DNA from: a virus
Lineage: Duplodnaviria > Caudoviricetes
DNA: 64,000 nucleotides
Virus record (IMG/VR): IMGVR_UViG_3300020411_000002
Strand: one strand, 5' to 3'
A program made the translations under genes and the position numbers. The notes under the pieces are model-generated. The model searched no databases, was not told where the DNA came from, and saw only the letters and a list, made by a program, of their open reading frames with translations. Positions 44,173-54,500 of the stretch are shown here, piece after piece. Each line of letters opens with the position of its first letter. The first letter of the stretch is position 1.

Positions 44173-45084
44173 TTATTCAAAGAAATCGAAAGAAGAATCA
44201 GGCTCAGCAGGGTTTGGTATATCCATTTCTACATCAAATTCGAAATAGCCACCTTTTAAATCTTTAATCTTTCTTTCGTATTCTTTGATTTTGCTTTTAT
44301 AGAACTGAATTGTTTCTTTAAGAATAGAGCGATACAAACCAGAAGCAGGAACTGAACCGTTTTGAAGGTACATAGTAATAACAAAATAGAATTCATCTTG
44401 TTTAAATTCTGATATCTCGTACTCTACGTTTTTCAATTCTGTTTGAAGAGAGATAACCCTAGCTTCAAGTTCTTCGTATGCAGTTAGTTCCGCAGGTTGG
44501 AGTCGGCGAGCTTCTGCAATTGCTCTTGCTCTATCCGACTTATTCTTTACACGCTCCCATATTTGTTCAAGAGCATGTATGTCTAAAACTGAGTATGCAC
44601 CTTTAGCTTCATAGTAGTAATTAACTAGCGGGCTATTCGGGTCAATTTTATCAGGATGGGTTCTGTTTGATATCTTGTAGAATAGTTTCTTACAAAGCTT
44701 TTTGACTTTTGCGTTAGGCTTATGAACTACATCATCCAGTCTATCTATATCTTTTTGATATTCTTCACGTTTACGACTTCTACGCTTATCAGTATCAGAA
44801 GCAACCTGCAACTCCCTGAGAAGTCTTTCAAACTCGTCGTAAGTGTCCATGTAAATTGCTTTGAAGCGCTCAGACGTTTCAATGTCTTCCGTACTGTAAG
44901 GTGTAACGGCTTCTACTACTTCTGTTTTAATCGAAGCTAGCTTTTCCAATTCATCATAGGCTTTATCGATTTTGAGTTTAAGAGTTGCTTCGTCTAGACC
45001 GTTAAAGTCTTTAGGAACATATACAACAGGAAGAGTCACATTAGTCTCCAATATAGTTAAAGGAGGCAAACGCCTCCTAATCAA
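44173..45084 (-). CDS. Protein with internal J-domain (DnaJ-like)
   Basis: KKLFYKISNRTHPDK...YY.EAK.AY: HPD motif in a helical context. Confidence 0.7.
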   Translation of the reverse strand: MIRRRLPPLTILETNVTLPVVYVPKDFNGLDEATLKLKIDKAYDELEKLASIKTEVVEAVTPYSTEDIETSERFKAIYMDTYDEFERLLRELQVASDTDKRRSRKREEYQKDIDRLDDVVHKPNAKVKKLCKKLFYKISNRTHPDKIDPNSPLVNYYYEAKGAYSVLDIHALEQIWERVKNKSDRARAIAEARRLQPAELTAYEELEARVISLQTELKNVEYEISEFKQDEFYFVITMYLQNGSVPASGLYRSILKETIQFYKSKIKEYERKIKDLKGGYFEFDVEMDIPNPAEPDSSFDFFE

Positions 45085-45094
45085 TTTAAGCAGT

Positions 45095-45283
45095 CTAGCG
45101 ATTAAGCTGACCGATATCTTTCGACAGCAAAGCGCTTATGTCTTCTGGTACTTCGTTTCGTACATGCAGATGCTTTCGCAACCAAGCAAGGTTTGCACCG
45201 TGCTTGTCTACAACTCTACGATTACTAGGTATGTCTAATTTTTTGTTTTGTAAGAATGCGTTTAGACGTTCCAGCTCACTCAT
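45095..45283 (-). CDS. Small hypothetical protein
   Basis: AGGA SD; co-oriented. Confidence 0.6.
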   Translation of the reverse strand: MSELERLNAFLQNKKLDIPSNRRVVDKHGANLAWLRKHLHVRNEVPEDISALLSKDIGQLNR

Positions 45284-45287
45284 TGAT

Positions 45288-46181
45288 TTATTTTCCTTTT
45301 TCCTTGTAGTGAAGTTCTACTGTGTTAGAAGACAATGCAACAGGATACACCTCTTCTAGTTCAACAGTAGACTCGATTAAGGTAACATTATTGATACCTG
45401 TAATTATACCCTCAACTGCGTATACAGATATGGGCAAATCTTGTTGAGTAAGAACTTTCCAAGCCTCTAAAGCTTTGAACACTTCTTTAGATCTATCTTC
45501 ATAAGAAATCTTGATAGTGTTGTTCTTATAAGAAACCTGAGAATGCGAAATAATATCAAGACTCGTATAACCTAGAGACTCTACCAAATAAGCAGGCATC
45601 TTAGTAGTAATAACCGCACCATCCTTGATCTTACTTTCTTGAATACAAGCCACAAGAGAAAAGTATTCAGTTAGTGCAAAAGAAGGAGTTTCTTCTGAGT
45701 ACTTGCTATAAAGGTGGTCAACAAGGTCTGGAATGTCCATTTTGAGTTTAGACTGAATAAGTTCAAACTCTTTAGAACTGCTACGTTTAGATAACATGGT
45801 TTCCATGCTGTTCTTCCAAGCCTGTTCTTTAGTTCCTAGATTAGACTCGATTACTTCTTTTGCAGTAGCACCGCCGTACACGCCTTCTGATTTAAAGTAA
45901 GACAAAGCAATGTCTGGAACATCACTATGAGAACCACCATCAACTTGAACTTTACGAGCCTCTAACATGGCTTCGTTTATCCAAAGACGTTCATACTCTT
46001 CGGGAGTTACGTAGTCTTTAATGGGAAGTGGGCTGCGCATACTGTGAACATATCGGTAGTAGTAAACACCAAAAGGTTTAATACGATGTTCTTGTATTTG
46101 CTTACTTGCCAAGTCAAAAGAGAAGAAGTTTAAACCGAATAAGCCTGCTCTTGCTTTATAGAAGACGTTTACTTTTTTCAT
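45288..46181 (-). CDS. Hypothetical protein
   Basis: ORF track. Confidence 0.65.
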   Translation of the reverse strand: MKKVNVFYKARAGLFGLNFFSFDLASKQIQEHRIKPFGVYYYRYVHSMRSPLPIKDYVTPEEYERLWINEAMLEARKVQVDGGSHSDVPDIALSYFKSEGVYGGATAKEVIESNLGTKEQAWKNSMETMLSKRSSSKEFELIQSKLKMDIPDLVDHLYSKYSEETPSFALTEYFSLVACIQESKIKDGAVITTKMPAYLVESLGYTSLDIISHSQVSYKNNTIKISYEDRSKEVFKALEAWKVLTQQDLPISVYAVEGIITGINNVTLIESTVELEEVYPVALSSNTVELHYKEKGK

Positions 46182-46804
46182 TATATATCCAAATTTAAAG
46201 AACCAATTTTATTCTGAGGACCTATACGTATAGCATGGTTTAATTGCATATACAGTCTCTTGCTAAAGAACTCAACTGGGTTGTTACCTGAGTGTACTAC
46301 GATTCGCGGTATTTTATCGAAGTACGTTAAAATGTCTCTTAGTGTTTCTATTCTTTGAGGAGTAGAGTCATCGGTGACATTGCTTAAAATTAGAAGAGAA
46401 GGCTTCTGATCACGTATCTTATCTATATAGCCGTAAGAAGTATCGGAGTACATTCTATACCAGAGTGGCTTACTTCTGCATTTGCTTTCAGGGTCAGTGT
46501 AATCAAATGCCGCACTTTCCATTACAGTTGCTGCAAAACACTTAGCGCGTAAATCAGATGGATAACTGTTTACACAGGCGATAGTAGGTTCAGATAGAGG
46601 GTCAGATATTAGCTTCTTCGCGGAAGTTAACTGCTGGGCTACTGAGATAATGTTAGACTTTATATCTTCTCGAATTACAGGTTTAAACTGTACTAAACTT
46701 TCTTCCAGTTCAAACTTGATTGAAGAGCCTTGCAGGACAGAGTTATCTAGACCTCTAGCCTGCATTATTTTTAGTATGTGCTTATCGTATTTAAAAGTAA
46801 TCAT
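46181..46804 (-). CDS. Hypothetical protein, possibly a degenerate DnaC/IstB-like ATPase
   Basis: LLILSNV.DDST..R.E.LRDIL and PRIVV.SG resemble Walker B and downstream elements, but no Walker A is visible. Confidence 0.35.
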   Translation of the reverse strand: MITFKYDKHILKIMQARGLDNSVLQGSSIKFELEESLVQFKPVIREDIKSNIISVAQQLTSAKKLISDPLSEPTIACVNSYPSDLRAKCFAATVMESAAFDYTDPESKCRSKPLWYRMYSDTSYGYIDKIRDQKPSLLILSNVTDDSTPQRIETLRDILTYFDKIPRIVVHSGNNPVEFFSKRLYMQLNHAIRIGPQNKIGSLNLDI

Positions 46805-46823
46805 AGACTCTATTTACAGTATT

Positions 46824-48491
46824 TTACCAACTACGCAATAACGGCTTTTCCATGGGCTTTGACTTTGCTTTCTTTTGCTTGCGTGTCTTAGCCATTGTCT
46901 CTAACTCGCGAATTTCACTTTCAGAGTATTCAGAATAGTCAACGTTGTGTTTTCCATACTCATTGCCTGTCATACCTACGTTTTCAGAATACCAGTCAAG
47001 TGCTTGTCTGCTAAACTTGAAACCTAAGTTGTTGCTGTGTCTCCAAGTAGACTTAAAACAACCAATAGACTGACCTAGTTCTGGGTCAACAAACATTCTA
47101 ATGATTGGTGATTGCTTTGGTACGTCTTCCGATGCAGGAGTTAGAATACGAGAAGATTCCTGTTCCCACTTTGGTTCGTTAGACATAGGCATACCGTAGT
47201 AATGCGTGTCCCATCTTGGTACGTTCAAACCCACCTGCAATAAGCTACGAGTACCACACACTAATCGAATAGTACCTGAACGAGCATCATCAAGAATTTG
47301 TTCACGTAAGTCTTTATGCTTCTTAGTAGCGCCTCCAACAAACTGGGCTGCAATAGTACTACCCCAAGCATTGTTAATTGTTTTAACTATTTCATCAGAG
47401 TGATAAACAGTATAGACAGGAAACACAATAGACCGATTAGCTTCTAGGTCTTTCAGAAGCATATCTATAATCATATCGTTACGTTTCTTGTGAGTTGCTA
47501 GGAAACGCATTGCACCAGTCCAAGCGCTAGGATGTTTACTTTGATAAGCGCGTTTGTTTTTAGGTACTACTTTATGAGTTTCATGAACATAGATAGTTGG
47601 TGTCATAGTTTCTATCTTTGCTTCTGCAACCGTAGGACCTACAAGCTCACGTACAAGATAATGTTTTTTATCTTTTCGTTTATCAGTAGCAGTACAACCA
47701 CCTTTAAACTTGGTACGAACTGAGCTAACTAGTCTAGAGAATTCTGAGGCGTTTGCCTTTTGAATTTCATCTATCCATAGAGTACCAAAGTTTTCGTTCA
47801 ACCACTTCTTACGCTTCTTGCCGTTCTTGTCACTAATCAATGACTGATACGTCATGATGCCAATTTGAAACTCTTCGAAGTCAGACTTTGAATTCATCCA
47901 ACCGTAAAGCTTCTTGCCGTACTTCTCTTCAAGCTGAGGCAGATTGGTATGCGCTACGATTTCTTTTAAGAAGTTATTCAGATAGTCACGCTGGTCAGCA
48001 ACAATAACCATACGCCTACCCATCTTTATACCGATAGCAATTGAAGTAACTGTCTTACCAGTACGAGGCGGAGCTTTGATAATACCATGCTTTGCTTCTG
48101 CCCAGTCTTCTACTAAAGGAATCTGCTTTTCACGTAAAGAACCCGTAAACTTGACGGGAACTGTGAACTTCTTATCAGTACGTAAATCAACTACTTTGAA
48201 TTGACTATACTCGATTCCAAATTTGTCTTCGATTTTTAAACGGTCACCGATAGGTAGTGCTGCATAAGTAACACCTTTATGAACGTGAGTAGACCAAGTT
48301 CTAGTGCAACCTAAGTATCCACCTAATTCGCACGACGCACACTCTTCGGTAAATCTAATACGTCTAAATTCGCAGTCTTTGCAAATCATATCATCATAAC
48401 GGTGGTGGTCATAATGCTTTTTCAAATCTTCGTCATCAATGTAATCGATAGGGATATACATCTTTGCGCGTAGATAAATCTTATCGCTCAT
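46824..48491 (-). CDS. Superfamily 2 DNA helicase (UvsW-like)
   Basis: APPRTGKT, WIDEIQK, CTAT, LLQVGLNVPRWD, EQESSRILTP. Confidence 0.85.
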   Translation of the reverse strand: MSDKIYLRAKMYIPIDYIDDEDLKKHYDHHRYDDMICKDCEFRRIRFTEECASCELGGYLGCTRTWSTHVHKGVTYAALPIGDRLKIEDKFGIEYSQFKVVDLRTDKKFTVPVKFTGSLREKQIPLVEDWAEAKHGIIKAPPRTGKTVTSIAIGIKMGRRMVIVADQRDYLNNFLKEIVAHTNLPQLEEKYGKKLYGWMNSKSDFEEFQIGIMTYQSLISDKNGKKRKKWLNENFGTLWIDEIQKANASEFSRLVSSVRTKFKGGCTATDKRKDKKHYLVRELVGPTVAEAKIETMTPTIYVHETHKVVPKNKRAYQSKHPSAWTGAMRFLATHKKRNDMIIDMLLKDLEANRSIVFPVYTVYHSDEIVKTINNAWGSTIAAQFVGGATKKHKDLREQILDDARSGTIRLVCGTRSLLQVGLNVPRWDTHYYGMPMSNEPKWEQESSRILTPASEDVPKQSPIIRMFVDPELGQSIGCFKSTWRHSNNLGFKFSRQALDWYSENVGMTGNEYGKHNVDYSEYSESEIRELETMAKTRKQKKAKSKPMEKPLLRSW

Positions 48492-48873
48492 TGAACACCT
48501 GACTAGCTATATGAAACAGTATGCTGCAATATATCTTATTACAACGTGTAGAAACTCTCGGCTCTGGAATATCCATACTTGTGAAAACCTTATCAACATA
48601 AGTTCTTTCAAGCAAGTTTACATATTTATCCATAGGGCCCATGTTTGGGTCATCAAAGTCTACTATACAAGAACGTTGATTGCTCCACTCCCCATGAAAC
48701 GGTGATTGAAAAAATGAAAAGCTTCCATGGTCTAATCCACCAGTAGGGACAATGCCTACTGTATTCAAAGAGTTAGAGTACCTAAGCGCATACGTCCAGT
48801 AATTTAAACGCTGACGCTCTGAATTAAATTCTACATGATAAGTCTGACCTGATGGAACGTTATTGATTTCCAT
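48481..48873 (-). CDS. Hypothetical protein
   Basis: ORF track. Confidence 0.55.
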   Translation of the reverse strand: MEINNVPSGQTYHVEFNSERQRLNYWTYALRYSNSLNTVGIVPTGGLDHGSFSFFQSPFHGEWSNQRSCIVDFDDPNMGPMDKYVNLLERTYVDKVFTSMDIPEPRVSTRCNKIYCSILFHIASQVFNER

Positions 48874-48991
48874 TTTTAATACACCACGCTAAATACGTTA
48901 ACGGAACTTGATTAGCCTTTAACATAGGCAATCTGTACTGAAAGTGATATTGACGAAAATTTTCAAAATCAAAACCATCTATAAATTCCAC
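48860..48991 (-). CDS. Small ORF missing from the track (43 aa)
   Basis: GTG 48991 overlaps the upstream TAG, with a GGAG SD 8 nt upstream; MEFIDGFDFENFRQYHFQYRLPMLKANQVPLTYLAWCIKNGNQ. Confidence 0.5.
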   Translation of the reverse strand: MEFIDGFDFENFRQYHFQYRLPMLKANQVPLTYLAWCIKNGNQ

Positions 48992-49530
48992 TAGCCTATC
49001 TCCGTATAATCGCGCTTAGCAAGAATCTGGAAAGCATCAATCAGGTGCTTGACTGTAAAGCTAGCCTTATCGATATCTTCTAAGTATATTTTAAGAATTG
49101 TAATTAACTCATGAGTATCATTCAGATATTCATGGAACTTGTTCATTACTGCCTTAATAAAAGCCTTACGTTCTTCTTTAGTACGTATGTGCTTCATGTC
49201 TTGGCTGTATCGAACTAAAAAATAAGATTCAAAAGCCTCAATCATTTTACTTAATGACACATGCGCTTCTGTAGCTGAAACAAGTATCTCACTATATCGA
49301 TGCCTGTTAGTTGTGTCTTTGATTGCAGCTTCTGTTAGATTCTTTACAAAGTTAGGATGCCCAGGCGACAGCTTATGTATCATGCGTGTCTTGTGTAGCA
49401 TTTTCAATTCGTCTTTGTATTCATCGAATGGTATTTGAAAAAGGTCAGAAGTATCAAAAGTACTTTTAAGTCTTTTGTATCTTGTATCTCTTCTTAAAAG
49501 GGACCGTACTTGATCATCTTGTGCAGACAT
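48991..49530 (-). CDS. Helical hypothetical protein (UvsY-like by size and context only)
   Basis: All-helical pattern; replication module. Confidence 0.45.
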   Translation of the reverse strand: MSAQDDQVRSLLRRDTRYKRLKSTFDTSDLFQIPFDEYKDELKMLHKTRMIHKLSPGHPNFVKNLTEAAIKDTTNRHRYSEILVSATEAHVSLSKMIEAFESYFLVRYSQDMKHIRTKEERKAFIKAVMNKFHEYLNDTHELITILKIYLEDIDKASFTVKHLIDAFQILAKRDYTEIG

Positions 49531-49953
49531 TTAAAGTACCACAAATTTGTTTATGTTAGGAGTGTCTGGGACTAACAGCAATGAACCCTCACTATCTGAG
49601 TACGCATACGTACCACCAAAGGATTCTGTTTTTAACTGTAGCATTTCGGAAAGGGTGCTATCTAATATAGTCATAGAAGACTGTTTTAGTATAAGCTTCT
49701 TAGAGTTGACTATAAAAAGAGACCCAACAACCGTTTCTTCATCGGACTCTATCAGATACTGAATGCATTCAATGCTATGCTGCATTTTAGTATCTAGAAG
49801 AACAGTGAGGTCTTTGTAATCTAGAGTCGAATTATAAAACAGTGCTATATGCTGGCGACCATTAGGTGCAAGACCCAAGTTAACAAAAGTGTTCAACTCA
49901 GGTTCTTGCTTCAAACTAAAAGTCTTGTTGATATCTTTTAACGGACTCTTCAC
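49531..49953 (-). CDS. Hypothetical protein
   Basis: ORF track; the start codon appears to be GTG. Confidence 0.55.
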   Translation of the reverse strand: MKSPLKDINKTFSLKQEPELNTFVNLGLAPNGRQHIALFYNSTLDYKDLTVLLDTKMQHSIECIQYLIESDEETVVGSLFIVNSKKLILKQSSMTILDSTLSEMLQLKTESFGGTYAYSDSEGSLLLVPDTPNINKFVVL

Positions 49954-51266
49954 TACTGTTTCAATGAAGCTGTCTGTCTAATATTGATAGTGCCAAAGTC
50001 ATCAGTCATTTTATGGTATACTGTAATAGCTGTAGGCGAGTCGCCTTCAAGATGTTTAAGTTTACACATTACGCTGCCTTCTTTGACATTGTTAAGAACG
50101 TCAGCAAGTATCTTAGGGTGAATAGCTACTTCGTTCTTCTTTACTGTCTTAGGTACTTTAGAGTAGTCGATAATGTTTGATACATCGCCGTGCTCATTGC
50201 TGAATGCAAACTCAACACCTGACTTGCCGAAGTTTAAGTTAACGTACCCGCTCTGATTAGAAGTCATTAGAGTTCCAATGCTGGCTAACGTATCCAAGCT
50301 GTCTTTGACTGGAATAGAATACATGCCGTCAGTTGGGGCATTTTCGTAATCTGAGAAAGTTTCAATAACGTGGTCTAACATCTTTGTATCCAACTCTTGT
50401 AGAGGAGGAAGACCGATAAGTACGTTATCTGATAGAACTCTAAATCCAGACTCTTCAACAAAGAAGCTTGCTGTGTCTTCGTCATCTTCGGACAGTACAC
50501 GGTTAACTACATTAAAGATATCGCTAGAGATAACTAGATTGAAGTCTCTTCCCATACCAGAAGACAAGTCAGCTTCCATTAGGTTGATAACCCATCGATT
50601 AACAACAGCAACAGTAAGTCTATCGTCTTTAATGCTGATGTTCATAGGACTAACGGCTTTATCGTCGTGGTGATCGATAACACGAGTACGCTGTGAAGCT
50701 ACACGCAATCTGTTTAATAACTCAGAACCAATTGCATCTTTTCTAGAGATACCAACAAAGATTTCATTCACTGCTGGAATCTGGTCAACGGTTATTGGGT
50801 TAGTCTTCAATGCAGACTTGAATTTACCTGATACGATTTTAAGTTCAGAACCGTCATAGTCACATTGCATTGCACCACGCTTGTTGATAACACGCTTTAG
50901 AATTTCCGCATCAATGTTAAAGCAACCTGATACATCAACTTCTATTCCAGTGTTAATAGCAATGTGCGTATCCGTAGAATAACCTACTAGATACAAGAAA
51001 CCTTCGTATGCAACAAACAAGTGCTTGCGCATAACGTTGTTAGCGTTAACGAATCCAGTAATAACAGTAAGGCTATCAAGCAAAGAAGAAAGGGTCTTGC
51101 CTTCTATTTCAAAGCTAAACGAGTTAGAGCTTAGCTTTTCATTAATCTGGATTTTAAACAGCTTTTCGTTGCTAACTGCTTTACTAGATGTTTTAGGTTT
51201 GCGGGTGGAGGCTCGCGTCTTAGTAGTCTTAGAAGACCGTGTACGTTTTCTTTTTACGTCAGTCAT
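49953..51266 (-). CDS. DNA sliding clamp, bacterial beta-subunit-like, with basic N-terminal tail
   Basis: ~390-aa body with three repeated alpha/beta units (LL..L..., F.I.A..L..., L..RL..A, I..D.F..V..VL, I.PK.L.DVL); two genes downstream of the polymerase. Confidence 0.55.
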   Translation of the reverse strand: MTDVKRKRTRSSKTTKTRASTRKPKTSSKAVSNEKLFKIQINEKLSSNSFSFEIEGKTLSSLLDSLTVITGFVNANNVMRKHLFVAYEGFLYLVGYSTDTHIAINTGIEVDVSGCFNIDAEILKRVINKRGAMQCDYDGSELKIVSGKFKSALKTNPITVDQIPAVNEIFVGISRKDAIGSELLNRLRVASQRTRVIDHHDDKAVSPMNISIKDDRLTVAVVNRWVINLMEADLSSGMGRDFNLVISSDIFNVVNRVLSEDDEDTASFFVEESGFRVLSDNVLIGLPPLQELDTKMLDHVIETFSDYENAPTDGMYSIPVKDSLDTLASIGTLMTSNQSGYVNLNFGKSGVEFAFSNEHGDVSNIIDYSKVPKTVKKNEVAIHPKILADVLNNVKEGSVMCKLKHLEGDSPTAITVYHKMTDDFGTINIRQTASLKQ

Positions 51267-51589
51267 TATTTATCTTCCATATCTGAATTCTTACTATTTA
51301 CAGTTTGTGTGTCTTCTACGTGAAAACCTGCAATTCTTCCATGAACAAAGTCTACTGTAAGAGTATATCTATCTGTTTCTAAAGGCATTGCACCTAGCAG
51401 AACACCAAATACGTTTGTAGACAATCTAGTATCGTCTATTTTAAAACAGTGGCAGTCAGTCTGAGATAGAGCGACAGAACAAACGTAGATAGGCATAAAT
51501 ATTGCTTCTATTACATTGCGGTCTGCCGCTAACATTTCATTCAGACGATTAGATATAGTGGTAAGTAAATCTAAATCGTTGCTTTCCAT
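51266..51589 (-). CDS. Hypothetical protein
   Basis: ORF track. Confidence 0.6.
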   Translation of the reverse strand: MESNDLDLLTTISNRLNEMLAADRNVIEAIFMPIYVCSVALSQTDCHCFKIDDTRLSTNVFGVLLGAMPLETDRYTLTVDFVHGRIAGFHVEDTQTVNSKNSDMEDK

Positions 51590-54500
51590 TACTCAGCCAT
51601 TTCCTCTCTATATTGTTCGAGGGCTTTAAGGCGCTCTGACTCTCTACGTGCAATCTGCATAAGGCGTTTGTGTTTGAAAGATTTCTCTTTTCCTTTCTTC
51701 TCTTCTGATGCTTTAAGCTTAGCAAGCTTAGAAAGGTTAGCCTTAATCTCTGACACAAAGCTCTTAGCTTCTTGCTTGTCTTTCTTAGAACGTATGTCTT
51801 CGCCTTTGGATTCAATATCAATACCGTTAGACCAGAGTTGTTTCTTCATCCAGTCAGGCATGGTATCGTATTGAGTTTCCATGATTGTGTGATACGCTAC
51901 ATCGATATCTAAATCAGAATGCCCTAAGTCCTCTACTTGGTCTTTAAGCGTTTGCTTTATGATATCTTTAATTCCTTCATACGAGAAGTCCCAGCCTTTC
52001 ACATGTTTCTCAGTAGCGCCAATTTCAAAATCGATTTCTGGTAACGATGTGAAAGTAAACCCTTTGATGCGGTTTTGAACTTGCTTAACTACTTCTGTAG
52101 TCAATCCACGCTCAATCAAATCAAGAGCTAACCAAACGTCTTCGTAACCTACTTCAACTGTAACCGAGTCATGCACAGACACAGATAGGTGCATATCAGG
52201 GTAGTGACCTGTCTTTTCGTAATGCTCATACATCATTCTGTTAATGTTTCTAATTCCAATCATCATTAAGTCAGAACCAAAACCCTGCACTGGACTGTTA
52301 ACCGATCTACGCTCTTGGCTAGAGTTAACGAAACCAAAGTTAGGATATTCAGAAGGCAGCATCAAAGACCACAAGTGTCTACGTCTTCCAACTGGCGATT
52401 CAACGAATAGGTTCTTACGTGCAAAGTTTTTAATTTTCTCGAACCACTTCAATCCAACAGGGAAACGTTTTAAGAACTTAGCTTTCAAGTCTACGATTTC
52501 ATCTACTGTTCTTCCAGAAGAAGCAGCAAGGCCTTTATCACCTTGTTGATAGATTAGACCGAAGATTACTGTCTTAACTGAGTTACGTAATTCTGCAATC
52601 TTCTCGCGCATAGTAATTGGAATACCAAAGAAGTAACTAGTATTCAAACGGTGAACGTCACCTTCGTCTACTATTCGTCGAGCAATCAGTTCATCAGGAA
52701 CTGCTCTGAATCTGTTACGTAAGTCAGCACCAGTCTGGAACAAGTCTGCAACGCCTTGGTCGCCTGAGATAATAGACCAACCACGTACTTCGTGAGCAGA
52801 GTAATCCACTTTTATTAACAGCTTGCCGGGTCTAGAGGCAAAGATACGTTTAATGAGTTTACCAAGCTCACTACGACTTGGAATCTGCTGCAAGTTCGGG
52901 TCAGATGCAGATGTTCGTCCAGTAACAACTTTTTGATAGCTATATCTCGGTCGAATACGTTGGTCGAACTTAAAGTCTTCGTTAGTAGCCCACAACTTCA
53001 ACAGATTTTTAACGTAAGCAGATTTTAACTTGTTAGCCTTCTGCCATTCTGTATAAAGCGAAACAATCTTGTTGTCTTTGTGGAACTTCTGAAAGTCTTT
53101 ATCTAGTTTGTATTGCAAGTCACCATTAGCTCGTTTCTTCTTGCCAGGGTCACCAACAGGTTCTAGCTCTAGAACATCAAAGAACAACATTTGTTTGTGT
53201 TCTTCTTTGTTTAATGAAAAGTTTTCTTTTGCTGTAGTCTTACCAAATAGACCATGCTTAGGAACATTACGGTCTTTAGATATTAACTCGTTAACTTTAC
53301 GCACTGCATCTGACGTATAGATAGCAGCTTCAATCTTAGCAATCTCTGTATTAATAGGACTGTTAGGATGTTCAAGCTTGAACAAGTACTCTACATCAGC
53401 ATACGCACCTGTAGATTCCAGACAGCTAAACGTATGAATCTGATCACTAATCTGATTGCCCACCAGCTTTTCATAAAGCTTATAGTCAATATCTTTAGCG
53501 CGTTCTATTTGCTTGTAGTAGATGTGCCAAGGAACAATAACGTCCAGACTACAGTATTCAAGAACAGGTTCGTCTAGGTCTACTTGATGAATTGTAGCTC
53601 GTGCTTCTTTACCAAACGAACTGGTATAGAAACTTCTACAACCGTATTGCATAGACAGGTTTGCCAAGCTGTAATAACCATTACCAAGCAACGTACCTAA
53701 GAACTTCATGTTCTCGTCCATTGCAAACTCACCAGCCTGTATATCCCACACATCACATCGATAGTATCTAACACCAAAGTTACTACGCATGATGTTCAAA
53801 TCGAACTGGGCATTTGTATAAACTTGGAAACGGTTACGTGCTTGCTTTTCAAAGAACTTTCTAAACAGACTACGAATAAGCTTTAGCTCAGAAGGAGTAA
53901 ACGGTGTGCTATAGTGATAAATAGGTATGATAAACGCTGTCTTACCATCGTCACTCATTTGAACAGTTTGTATTTTACTACACACCCTGTACAAGCCGTC
54001 TGTCTCTGTATCGATTGCGAGTATTTCAGCTTTAGCCATTCGTTTTAGACACTTCTTGAATTTATCAATAGTATCTACGTATTCGATTTTGTAGTTTCGC
54101 TTTTTCTCGTCTGCTACAAAAGGTATCGCATAACGCAAATCACCACCATCTAAGGTGGTAACTAAGTTACGTGCCATATAACCAAGTAAGTTTGGAGTGT
54201 TTGTAGGGTTAGACCTAGATTCAAGAACGGAGTTAAAGCTTAGACTAGCAACATGCTTAAACTCATGTGATTTATTTTGGTACTCTACACTGGTATCGAC
54301 AGGCACACCTAAAAAGTGTTGATCGAAGTTCTTAAACTCCAATATCGTTTCTCTATTGAGTGCGTATTGCGGGTCTTTACCAAAGGTATGAACAATGTCA
54401 GGTTTGTAGTCCGTTATTATCTTCTTCAATCTTCTGCTAAACTCTAGCTTAGCTTCGTTTTGAAAATCTTCGGACTCCTTGTAAGTCTTAAAACAATTGA

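Noticed and set aside
46181-46804. Confident DnaC/helicase-loader call
   Set aside because: No Walker A motif is visible; kept only as a low-confidence note.
48950-48955. TTGACG as a sigma70 -35 on the plus strand
   Set aside because: There is no -10 at the right spacing, it faces against all genes, and it lies within a probable small ORF.
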